32,000 nt of DNA from Erysipelotrichaceae bacterium MTC7. GTDB taxonomy: Bacteria > Bacillota_I > Bacilli_A > Erysipelotrichales > Erysipelotrichaceae. The notes under the pieces are model-generated. The model did no database searches, was not told the origin of the DNA, and saw nothing but the letters and a program-made list of their open reading frames with translations. The position numbers were made by a program, and so were the translations under genes. The stretch's first letter is position 1. Every line of letters begins with the position of its first letter. The DNA is taken from contig LVZN01000001.1 of assembly GCA_001695645.1 (NCBI GenBank), forward strand, positions 249,766-281,765. Reading direction: 5' to 3'. This document shows positions 7,234 to 15,296 of this stretch, piece by piece.

Positions 7234-10200
7234 CTACTTGTTTAATTTTCTTTTTTTCTTAGAGACTCCGAATCCAATTCCTACTGTAGACAATAGTAGC
7301 ATCATCAAGAATACGCTTGTATTTGTAGTGTCTGAAGTATTTGTCCCAGTTGATGGTTTATTATTATCTCCCGGTGCAATACTAGGTGCCTCTACATTAG
7401 GTTTTTCACTAACTTTACTTAACTTACTAATTGCATCAACCAATTTAGTTTTTGCAACATCCACTTCTTCTTGTGTTGCTTCCTCATTTGCCATAACAGC
7501 CTTTGCGTTTGCTAATGCTTCTACTACACCTTTCCATGTTTCTGGTGTATAGTCAACTTCTTTTAAAGCTTCTGCATTTGTTATTGAAGTTTGCAATTCA
7601 GTTTTATCAACTGAAACTACAGCCCCTTTTAAATTTGCAACAGCTGTTTCTAAAGCTGCTTTTGCGGCATTAACTTCATCTTGTGTTGCATCCGCATTAG
7701 CAAGAACTGATTTTGCTGATGTTAATGCATCTGAAACTGCTTTCCATGTTTCTGCTGTGTAGTCAGCTGCTTTTAAAGTTTCTGCACTAGCAACTGTAGC
7801 CGTTAATGCATCTTTGTTTACATTACTTTCTTCAACCTCTACTAGATTATCAATTGCTGTTTGAAGTGCTGTATTAGCTGCATCAACCTCTTCTTGTGTT
7901 GCATCTGCATTAGCAAGAACTGCTTTTGCTGATGTTAATGCATCTGAAACTGCTTTCCACGTTTCTGTCGTGTAGTTAGCTTCTTTTAAAGCTTCTGCAC
8001 TAGCAATTGTTGCCGTTAATGTATCTTTGTTTACATTACTTTCTTCAACCTCTACTAGGTTATCAACTGCTGTTTGAAGCGCAGTTGTTGCATCATCTAC
8101 TTCTTTTTGTGTAGCGTCTACGTTGCTAGTAACTTCTTTAGCTTCATTCAATGCTGTTTCAAAATTTCCAAATGATTCTTCTGTGTATTTCGAACCATCG
8201 TAGTCCTTAACCTCTTCAATTAAATCGTTTAGGGATGTTTTATCCCCTTTTGCTTGCATAATGGTAATTCCTTTGATGTTACTAACATGACTACTACCTT
8301 CTTTCGCCTTGAAAGTGATAAACAATCTGTGGTAACCTTCAATTTTCACATCATCAATATCTACTTCCTTGTTAACAAAGTTACCCCAGCTACCTGTACC
8401 TTCTACTGTGAATTCCGCGAATGGTTCAGCTGTTTTACTGTCAATGCGGAACGATACCGTTCCTCCTGAGTCGTTTTGAACAGAGTGATTAAACATAATT
8501 TTGTCAATTGTTCCATGGAAAGCCAAGTCATACGCAACATATGTTCCATTTTTCACACCACCGACAACACCATCTGGATCATTGGCAACACCGCCATCTG
8601 CAACATAAGACTGTGGAGCAATAGGCTCATACACATCTTTTGATGTATTAATCTTGTTCAATAAATCAATTAAATTTAAGTATTGCGCACTGATTTCCTC
8701 CCCAGTCGCATTTTCATTATCCAATACTGTCTTTGCGTTACCTAACGCTTCATTAATGATATTCACAAATACCTTGTTCATATCTGTTTGATCAATCTTA
8801 GCAACTTCATTGTACACTGCTTGTAACATTGCTTTTGACACATCACCATCTAAACGTTCACCAATAAGTTCAACTTCCGCTAACTCACTTCCGCCCGTCA
8901 ACTCTAACTTATAGTGTACATATGTACCTGTATCACTTACTTTAAATGGTCTTGTATACTTCTTCCACTCAAAGGTTAAATCTTTACGTGACTCTAGTTT
9001 AGTCCAATTTTCACCGTCGTTTGATCCACTTAATACAAAACCTGTAGGAGCTTTATCAGCAGCTCCGCTTGTCAATGTAATCATATTCACTAATGATCGT
9101 TGTGCACCACTATAGTAAAGCGTCGTTTTATCTTCAAGTGGTACTACTGTCTTTGAAGTATTATCAAATAAGTTTTTCACATCGCTCTTACTGTAAATTG
9201 TATCAGCAACTACGAATTCTCCTTTTGGAGCATCTTTTGCAACAGCTACATTTGCTTGTGTTACATCTTGGTCAGGCGTTGCAACTTCATCACCTTTTGT
9301 AATTGAAGTTGGAAGATCTTCTTCTTTACTTCCAAATTCTTTATTAGGTTCACTGCCCATTGTAAATTCTAGCGTTCCACCATTTTGAACTTCTGATGTT
9401 TTAATGTAACTTCTTGTTGAGTTTTCTCCATTGACCTTCAATGATTGAACATATACATTTTCATCGCTATTGTTATTCGCAATAATAGTTAAATCTTTTC
9501 CATTTTCCAAATGAACTGTCATTTTGTCAAATAATGGTGAACCGATGGCAAATTCATCATTCCCCATAGATACAGGGTAAAGTCCCATTGCTGAGAAAAT
9601 ATACCAACCAGACATTTCTCCGTTATCTTCATCTCCAATATAACCTTGTCCAAAGCTACTTCCACGATAGATTCTTTCCATAATGTCTCTAGTGTAGTAC
9701 TGCGTTTTGTATGCTTCACCAGCATAGTTATACATATATGGAATGTGGTGACTTGGTTGGTTAGAGTGTCCATATTGACCTAGTTTAATTTCACGCGCTT
9801 CTTTTTGTTCGTGAATTCCACCTACAGATTCAACAGCACCATAACCATAATAATTACCTGTATCTGTAAATGTTTCATCTAATTTTTTACCAAGTTCTTC
9901 TCTACCACCATATAAATTTGCTAAACCTTGTCCATCTTGCATTACATGTGCCGACATGTTGAAAGCATTAGTCTCCGTATAGTCTCCACCATACCAATGA
10001 GGATTGAAGTTTTCATTTGACCAATCTCCACTTGTCGTTCTACCTTTAAAGAACTTATTTGCAATATTTCCATCTGCATTATCGTACAATAACGTATAGT
10101 TTTGCGCACGGTTTAAGTAATACTGTGCTTCATCTACATAACCAAGTTTTTTAGCCATTTGATAGATTCCATAATCATTAATGTAACCTTCCATTGACCA

Positions 10201-12774
10201 AGAGAATCCCTCACCAACATTATTTGCTGTGTATCCTCTAAAAATTGATTCTTCAAGTCCAGCACGACCACCATTAACCAAGTTGTCTGAAACTGTAGCT
10301 GCATTACGAATTGCTGATTTATACGCATTTTCATGGTCAAATTCATATCCTTTGTTCATCGCATCACCAAATACTACATCTGAACTCGTACCAACCATAC
10401 TATTTGTTCCACCTGGTGCTATCCAACGAGGAACCCATCCTTGGTCATTGTAGTGTGCCACTAAACCATTTAACATCTCCGTATTCATTGACGGTGTCAA
10501 CAATCCATATGCTGCCCATGTATTTTTATAAGTATCCCAGAATCCGTTGTTAATATACATCTTTCCTTCTTTAATAATTGGATTTTGCACAGTTCCACCA
10601 TAAGGACTTGCATATTTCCAAACTGGATCATCATTTGTTCCTGTATTTTCCGAAAGATTATTTGGATACATGAATAAACGATATAAGTTTGAGTAAAGTG
10701 TGACTTTTTCATCTTCACTTGCACCTTCAACTTCGACAATTCCAATTTTCTCATCCCAAACTTTTTGAGCTTTACTGAATACATCATTAAACGTATCTGA
10801 AGATTCTACTTCATTACTTAGATTTCTTTTCGCTTGTTCATAACTAATGTATGAAGTAGCAACTTTCATTTCGACAGTTCCTTTACCCTCACCAAATGTT
10901 GCGATTGCTGCTCCAGAGCCATCAAAGTTTTTAACTGCTGTTGGTGTTTTGTTAAACTCTCCATATACATACATGCGTTTTGAACCATTACTTGCATGAT
11001 CCGAATACGTTTGAAATGCAGAGTTCCCATTGATAAATTCAAACTGACTCGCCCCACGAATGCAATCAAGAATCACACTTTGGTTCTTTGCATCATTATC
11101 AAATGTATATCGAACAACTGCTGCATGTTCTGTCGGTGTTGTTTCAACTTTAGAGTTAGCCGCAGGTGTTTTGTCATCAAATTTTACACTATAATAATGT
11201 GCATGCCCAATTTCATTGTCATGTGAGAATGCAGAGCGACGTGCATCCACATTAATTTGGTTTTTGCTTGTTACATCCGCTGCGTTAATACTTGTATTTG
11301 ACATGTATTGCCATGTACCACGATCACTTGTCCAAATTGATGGTTCGTGGCTTACAGTCATATGATTCAACTCTCTTGTTTGATATTCATAAATCGTGTC
11401 ACCTGTTGTTGTCGCAGGAGCCCAAAAGTTTGCCCCATGTGGCATTGTTACAGCCGGAACTGTTAGACCTCTTGAAAAGTTTCCATTTCCGTTTGTACCA
11501 CGAAGAATATTCACATAATCAGACACATTTGCATAATCAGTCTCAGATTTTGTGTATACCTCAATATCATCAAAATATGTTAAGAATTCAGCTAAATCTT
11601 CTTCTTTCAGATTATCTTTTTTATCATATCCAATTAATATTTCACTAATAGTTTTGCCGTTTGCAACTTTACCAAGTTTTGTTGTTACTTGATTCCATTG
11701 GTGCATTGTCAAAATTCTAGAATCACCTTGTGCTTGAGGTGTCATTGCGACATCGTTTTGGTCCAATGCACCTAAATCACTCAAATATGATCCATCACTG
11801 AATTTAAGGTCTATCATCATATGCATATCTGTAAATTCATAATCGTAATTAGAGTCATCTAATAAATACGGAAACATTGTATAACTTAAATAAGTATTTT
11901 CATCAACCGCAATATTTACATCTTTATACAGTGTATTATAAGCATGTGCTCCATCATGCCCCCTATGAGCACCAGAAACCTCTAACGCTTTAGCTCCTGT
12001 CCATCCAGCTCCAGCTTTTTGGTTCCAAGTACTAATTGGACCATTACTTCGACGTGTCACCATCCCATCAGGACTCACATCAAGATCATTTGTGAAAAAT
12101 GTTAAATTCGAGAATTGTGTCATTCCGTCATTTCCATGATTCGCTGTAATATCGAATTTATAATAACCGTATGCTTCAGTTAAATTTAATTCGAATGATT
12201 TGGTTTGTTTACGTTCGGTAAATCTTTGATTTTCACGTTTATCTAAACTTACCCACGTTTTCCCATCCGTACTTCCAAACAACTCCCAGTTTTTTGGGTC
12301 ACGCCCATCAGAATCATTGGCTGAAGCAACGTTGTATGTCGAGATCGGCTTCACCTTTTCTGTTTGAAATTCCACAGTAACCGGTTGTGATTCACTAGGT
12401 TTGTGTTCATTTGTCAAGAACTTTGTATTTGTATCTTGATCAAACAAACGTACTTTTGTCTCATTTGAGTTAAAGTCGGCACTCCCCTTTATGGAATCCC
12501 CAATCACCGTGCTTGTGATTACCCCTTTATCAGGCGCATTAACAACATTTGATACCCCTTTTGTTGGATCAACTTCATTTGTTAATAGTCCATCCTTCTC
12601 ATCTTCGAATGACTGAAGTAAGAGTGTTTTTTTATCGTTTTTATAATCTGGACTAGATTTAAAAACATTGTCATCTTTCGCTAAAGTCTTTAGACTGTCA
12701 GTTCCAAAGAATGAAGCAAAAGATGCAAACATCATACATAAAATTAATAAAATTTTACCAGCTTTTGTTTTCAT
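7234..12774 (-). CDS. secreted, C-terminally anchored multi-modular GH92-family alpha-mannosidase (1846 aa): signal peptide, F5/8-type-C (CBM32-like), unassigned beta-rich module, GH92, second F5/8-type-C module, CBM6/35-like module, 4-5 FIVAR-like helical repeats, TM/basic tail
   Basis: RBS AAGGAG. Signal peptide MKTKAGKILLILCMMFASFASFFG. GH92 N-terminal domain motifs SRGLTVPAVTMPHGANFW and HEPSIWTSDRG. Catalytic-domain motifs AWQYTW-like, GHSNQPSHHIPYMYNYAGEAYKTQ, and GDEDNGEMSGWYIFSAMGLYPV (9595..9636). Discoidin-type segments at aa ~85-228 and near GFVLSGSNDGENWTKLESR. The C-terminus is VFLMMLLLSTVGIGFGV-SKKKRKLNK. Confidence 0.88.
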   Translation of the reverse strand: MKTKAGKILLILCMMFASFASFFGTDSLKTLAKDDNVFKSSPDYKNDKKTLLLQSFEDEKDGLLTNEVDPTKGVSNVVNAPDKGVITSTVIGDSIKGSADFNSNETKVRLFDQDTNTKFLTNEHKPSESQPVTVEFQTEKVKPISTYNVASANDSDGRDPKNWELFGSTDGKTWVSLDKRENQRFTERKQTKSFELNLTEAYGYYKFDITANHGNDGMTQFSNLTFFTNDLDVSPDGMVTRRSNGPISTWNQKAGAGWTGAKALEVSGAHRGHDGAHAYNTLYKDVNIAVDENTYLSYTMFPYLLDDSNYDYEFTDMHMMIDLKFSDGSYLSDLGALDQNDVAMTPQAQGDSRILTMHQWNQVTTKLGKVANGKTISEILIGYDKKDNLKEEDLAEFLTYFDDIEVYTKSETDYANVSDYVNILRGTNGNGNFSRGLTVPAVTMPHGANFWAPATTTGDTIYEYQTRELNHMTVSHEPSIWTSDRGTWQYMSNTSINAADVTSKNQINVDARRSAFSHDNEIGHAHYYSVKFDDKTPAANSKVETTPTEHAAVVRYTFDNDAKNQSVILDCIRGASQFEFINGNSAFQTYSDHASNGSKRMYVYGEFNKTPTAVKNFDGSGAAIATFGEGKGTVEMKVATSYISYEQAKRNLSNEVESSDTFNDVFSKAQKVWDEKIGIVEVEGASEDEKVTLYSNLYRLFMYPNNLSENTGTNDDPVWKYASPYGGTVQNPIIKEGKMYINNGFWDTYKNTWAAYGLLTPSMNTEMLNGLVAHYNDQGWVPRWIAPGGTNSMVGTSSDVVFGDAMNKGYEFDHENAYKSAIRNAATVSDNLVNGGRAGLEESIFRGYTANNVGEGFSWSMEGYINDYGIYQMAKKLGYVDEAQYYLNRAQNYTLLYDNADGNIANKFFKGRTTSGDWSNENFNPHWYGGDYTETNAFNMSAHVMQDGQGLANLYGGREELGKKLDETFTDTGNYYGYGAVESVGGIHEQKEAREIKLGQYGHSNQPSHHIPYMYNYAGEAYKTQYYTRDIMERIYRGSSFGQGYIGDEDNGEMSGWYIFSAMGLYPVSMGNDEFAIGSPLFDKMTVHLENGKDLTIIANNNSDENVYVQSLKVNGENSTRSYIKTSEVQNGGTLEFTMGSEPNKEFGSKEEDLPTSITKGDEVATPDQDVTQANVAVAKDAPKGEFVVADTIYSKSDVKNLFDNTSKTVVPLEDKTTLYYSGAQRSLVNMITLTSGAADKAPTGFVLSGSNDGENWTKLESRKDLTFEWKKYTRPFKVSDTGTYVHYKLELTGGSELAEVELIGERLDGDVSKAMLQAVYNEVAKIDQTDMNKVFVNIINEALGNAKTVLDNENATGEEISAQYLNLIDLLNKINTSKDVYEPIAPQSYVADGGVANDPDGVVGGVKNGTYVAYDLAFHGTIDKIMFNHSVQNDSGGTVSFRIDSKTAEPFAEFTVEGTGSWGNFVNKEVDIDDVKIEGYHRLFITFKAKEGSSHVSNIKGITIMQAKGDKTSLNDLIEEVKDYDGSKYTEESFGNFETALNEAKEVTSNVDATQKEVDDATTALQTAVDNLVEVEESNVNKDTLTATIASAEALKEANYTTETWKAVSDALTSAKAVLANADATQEEVDAANTALQTAIDNLVEVEESNVNKDALTATVASAETLKAADYTAETWKAVSDALTSAKSVLANADATQDEVNAAKAALETAVANLKGAVVSVDKTELQTSITNAEALKEVDYTPETWKGVVEALANAKAVMANEEATQEEVDVAKTKLVDAISKLSKVSEKPNVEAPSIAPGDNNKPSTGTNTSDTTNTSVFLMMLLLSTVGIGFGVSKKKRKLNK
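7415..8250 (-). repeat. four tandem ~213-bp (71-aa) intragenic repeats encoding FIVAR-like helical modules
   Basis: Units are of the form ..NKD.LTATIASAEALKEA.YT.ETWKAVSDALTSAK.VLAN.DATQEEVD.A..AL..A..NL. The two central units are nearly identical at the DNA level; for example, GCATTAGCAAGAACTG starts at 7694 and 7907, and TCTTTGTTTACATTACTTTCTTCAACCTCTACTAG at 7811 and 8024. Confidence 0.85.
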
Positions 12775-12803
12775 ATGTTCTCCTTCTTTATTTGCCTATT
12801 TTC

Positions 12804-12863
12804 AACTTAACACTTTTGTTTACTCTGTTTAAGATAGAATTTTCGTAAATTTTTTTTACAATT
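12804..12863 (-). promoter_or_regulatory. promoter (extended -10 TGtTAAGTT, weak -35) plus upstream palindromic operator TTTCGTAA-N7-TTACAATT for the 1846-aa GH92 gene
   Basis: The -10 is at 12804..12809 (minus strand) and the operator at 12841..12863, 31 nt upstream of the -10. Same geometry as at three other promoters in the locus. Confidence 0.6.
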
Positions 12864-12877
12864 TGTAAGCGCTATCG
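12864..12877. promoter_or_regulatory. candidate cre (CcpA) site
   Basis: TGTAAGCGCTATCG matches the degenerate cre consensus TGNAANCGNWNNCW at all positions but the last. It directly abuts the operator. Confidence 0.4.
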
Positions 12878-12885
12878 ATTCACTG

Positions 12886-12924
12886 AAAAAGTAAAGGACT
12901 TCTCTTTATTATGAAAAGTCCTTT
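12886..12924 (-). terminator. intrinsic terminator of the PTS operon
   Basis: Minus strand AAAGGACTT, 14-nt loop, AAGTCCTTT (9 bp) followed by ACTTTTT. It starts 16 nt after the IIB stop. Confidence 0.65.
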
Positions 12925-12939
12925 ATGAATTCTACACTA

Positions 12940-13245
12940 CTAAAATGTATCCTTGATTTTTTTCATTAAGGGTTCAGCTTTCTTAATAAGATCACCAACT
13001 CCCATTTGTACAACTTTTTTGTTTTTGAAACGATCGATACCACGAATGGCAACATCATTTGATAACACAACACATGCAGCATCATCGATTTCTTTTTGTG
13101 TTAATTCATTTTCTACTCCTGCCCCACCCTGCGTTTCAATTTTCACATCAATACCTAGCTTTTTTCCTGCTAGTGTCAATGATTCTGCAGCCATATAGGT
13201 ATGTGCTACACCTGATGGGCACGAAGTTACTCCAACTACTTTCAT
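12940..13245 (-). CDS. PTS fructose-family EIIB component
   Basis: 101 aa. MKVVGVTSCPSGVAHTYMAAE contains the conserved phospho-Cys context (CP.G.AHT) of PTS_IIB_fruc. Confidence 0.88.
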   Translation of the reverse strand: MKVVGVTSCPSGVAHTYMAAESLTLAGKKLGIDVKIETQGGAGVENELTQKEIDDAACVVLSNDVAIRGIDRFKNKKVVQMGVGDLIKKAEPLMKKIKDTF

Positions 13246-13267
13246 CGTATACTCTCTTTCTGTTTTT

Positions 13268-14338
13268 TTACAAACTTGTAAACTCGATATCTAACTCTTC
13301 TTGTTCTGACTCTTTGTCGTAGTCAGTAACATCCGTATTTTCTTTCTTCAATAAGTTTACCATAACTGCTGTTACTACTGCACCCGCAGCGATTCCTAAG
13401 ATGTATCCTAATCTACCTTCGACAACTGGTAGTACAATCAGTCCACCCCAAGGTGCATGGTTCAATACACCCATCATGAACGGAATAATATTTCCTACAA
13501 CTGCTCCTACCATAATTGATGGAATAACTCGAACAGGGTCATTTGCTGCAAATGGAATTGCACCTTCGGTAATTCCTACACACCCCATAAGAATAGCGGC
13601 TTTTCCAGCTTCTCTTTCTTCAGTGTTGTATTTCTTTGGTGATAGTAATGTTGCTAACCCCATTCCAATTGGAGGTGTACAGATAGCAACACCAACTCCT
13701 CCCATTAAATAAGGCAATACATCAACTTGTGTTTGTGCGAATAAAGTAGCAACTTTGTTAATTGGACCACCCATGTCAAATGCAGTCATTGCACCAAGAA
13801 TTGCTGCCAATGGAATTTTTCCAATTCCTTGGAGTCCATTTAACCAGTTTGTTAAACCTTCCATCAAACCTGCGATCGGTGTTCCAATTATCCATACGAT
13901 AATACCACCAGTAATTAATGTTCCAAACAATGGGTATAAGAAAATTGAACCAAGTGATTTTAATGCGATTGGTAGTTTTATACGTTTTAATTGTTTAACT
14001 ACAAAACCTGCGATAAATCCTGCCGCAATTCCTCCAAGGAATCCAGCTCCAACTTGACTTGCTAAGTATGCCCCCATCATCCCTGGTGCTAAACCAGGCT
14101 TATCTGCGATTGAATAGGCAATGTATCCCCCTAATACTGGAACGAATAGTGATAACCCTGCTAACCCAATGTCAGATAGTCCTTTTAACCAACCCGTTTC
14201 CGGCGTTGCGGCACCTTCTGGGTTTAACATAACTGCTAGTGAGAATAAAATCCCCCCGGCAACGATAAACGGAATCATGTGTGATGTTCCGGTTAATAAA
14301 TGTCTTTTTGCTGTAGATATAGCTTTCTTGAAATCCAT
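13268..14338 (-). CDS. PTS fructose-family EIIC permease
   Basis: 356 aa polytopic membrane protein. The N-terminus MDFKKAI..KRHLLTGTSHMIPFIVAGGIL is typical of fructose-like IIC. RBS GGAGGAG. Confidence 0.88.
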   Translation of the reverse strand: MDFKKAISTAKRHLLTGTSHMIPFIVAGGILFSLAVMLNPEGAATPETGWLKGLSDIGLAGLSLFVPVLGGYIAYSIADKPGLAPGMMGAYLASQVGAGFLGGIAAGFIAGFVVKQLKRIKLPIALKSLGSIFLYPLFGTLITGGIIVWIIGTPIAGLMEGLTNWLNGLQGIGKIPLAAILGAMTAFDMGGPINKVATLFAQTQVDVLPYLMGGVGVAICTPPIGMGLATLLSPKKYNTEEREAGKAAILMGCVGITEGAIPFAANDPVRVIPSIMVGAVVGNIIPFMMGVLNHAPWGGLIVLPVVEGRLGYILGIAAGAVVTAVMVNLLKKENTDVTDYDKESEQEELDIEFTSL

Positions 14339-14342
14339 AATA

Positions 14343-14795
14343 TTACTCCTCCAAACCTTCTTTTAATAATTTATAAATCGTTGTCTTGTCACCTGTAAGT
14401 AACTTGTCTCTGAAATCATCATGCATTAGCTTTCTTGCTAGTTTTGAAATGATTTTCATGTGCGTGTTGTCTTGATCATTTTCCGGAACCGCAATCATTA
14501 AAATGACTTCTCCCAATTCACCTGTCTTTTCACTCCAGACGAGCGGCTTCTTTAAACGCCCAAAACAAATTGCTGGTTCTATCACTCCATTTGTTCTTCC
14601 ATGAGGAAGACCAATGTCATGACCAATTGCTGTTGGTTCAATTGCTTCACGCGCAAGGACATTTTTGTAGAAATCTTCAATATCCTTAATTTTATTTTGT
14701 TCTTTCAGTTTTTTTACCAATGTATAGATTACTTCATCCTTACTATCTGTATCGATATCAAATACAATACATTCTTTATTAACTATTGAACTCAT
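14343..14795 (-). CDS. PTS EIIA component (PTS_EIIA_2, fructose/mannitol type)
   Basis: The ORF track starts at 14816 (MGERMKYM..). The ATG at 14795 (MSSIVNK) has the best-spaced RBS (GAAAGGA, 8 nt, ATG). Active-site His context GHDIGLPHGR. Confidence 0.85.
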   Translation of the reverse strand: MSSIVNKECIVFDIDTDSKDEVIYTLVKKLKEQNKIKDIEDFYKNVLAREAIEPTAIGHDIGLPHGRTNGVIEPAICFGRLKKPLVWSEKTGELGEVILMIAVPENDQDNTHMKIISKLARKLMHDDFRDKLLTGDKTTIYKLLKEGLEE

Positions 14796-14951
14796 ATACT
14801 TCATCCTTTCACCCATAACATACTAAACTGATTTTCCAAACTATCAGAAATGATTTCCTTGCCATGTAAAACAGTTTCTTGTTATTTATCAGGAGCATCT
14901 GTATAACGTCATAAAATATCGACCACACTTGGATCCTTAAATGTCGTTGAT

Positions 14952-14981
14952 ATATTCATAGGTTATATCTCCTATGAATAT
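14952..14981. repeat. perfect 11-bp inverted repeat ATATTCATAGG-N8-CCTATGAATAT overlapping the -10/start region of the PTS promoter
   Basis: Read directly: the arms are at 14952..14962 and 14971..14981. No U-run follows on either strand. Confidence 0.7.
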
Positions 14982-15075
14982 TATAAGTTATGTATAAAAT
15001 CTTCCAAGATAGAAGTATTGTAAAAAAAACTTACAATAAATCATAATAGAAATTTTGTATTTATTTTTTACAAAA
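14980..15075 (-). promoter_or_regulatory. PTS operon promoter (TTGGAA / TATAAT) plus two copies of the locus palindrome
   Basis: -10 TATAAT at 14980..14985 (minus strand). Proximal operator TATTGTAA-aaaaaac-TTACAATA at 15016..15038 (perfect 8+8), 30 nt upstream of the -10. Distal operator TTTTGTAT-ttatttt-TTACAAAA at 15053..15075. Confidence 0.65.
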
Positions 15076-15296
15076 GTTGTAATGTTTTACGAAAATTTCG
15101 ATTTTCTATAATACATTTAGTTAATTCTCAGTTCGCTGATTATTCTTTGCATAACAAATAGTTTGATAGCAATTGTATTAGTTGGTTCAAAAAAAATCGG
15201 AACAATAAAGGTAAGAACCTTCTCAACGGAACACATTTCCACCAAGAAGGCTCTTTGTTTATGTGATGGCTAATACACGCATTATCACATATAATT

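Noticed and set aside
7415-8250. Regularly spaced DNA repeats that might suggest a CRISPR array or a mobile-element remnant.
   Set aside because: The period is 213 bp, in frame, inside a continuous 1846-aa ORF. The repeats encode helical FIVAR-like protein modules, and there is no repeat/spacer structure.
13265-13285. TTACAA-AC-TTGTAA at the EIIC/EIIB junction, resembling operator half-sites.
   Set aside because: The arms are everted with 2-nt spacing, not the 8-N7-8 geometry. The sequence overlaps the EIIC stop codon region within an operon, so it is likely a chance AT-rich match.
14817-14975. Search for a RAT/terminator pair (BglG/LicT-type antitermination target) in the ~155-nt PTS leader, because the regulator contains PRDs.
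   Set aside because: No hairpin with a U-run and no RAT-like element was found. The regulator has N-terminal DNA-binding HTH domains plus EIIB/EIIA-like domains (activator architecture) and no CAT RNA-binding domain.
14952-14981. The 11-bp perfect hairpin as an intrinsic terminator between the upstream GH92 gene and the PTS operon.
   Set aside because: No T-run follows on either strand. It lies downstream of the operator sites and overlaps the -10 box, so it is kept only as a possible protein-binding palindrome.
15100-15296. ~200 bp of unassigned intergenic sequence downstream of the 1718-aa GH92 gene, examined for a small ORF, a structured RNA or a clean terminator.
   Set aside because: Only imperfect hairpins (e.g. 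GAGCCTTCT...AGAAGGTTC, AAGGT/ACCTT) were found, with the T8 run displaced by more than 10 nt. There is no RBS-preceded ORF, so nothing could be supported.
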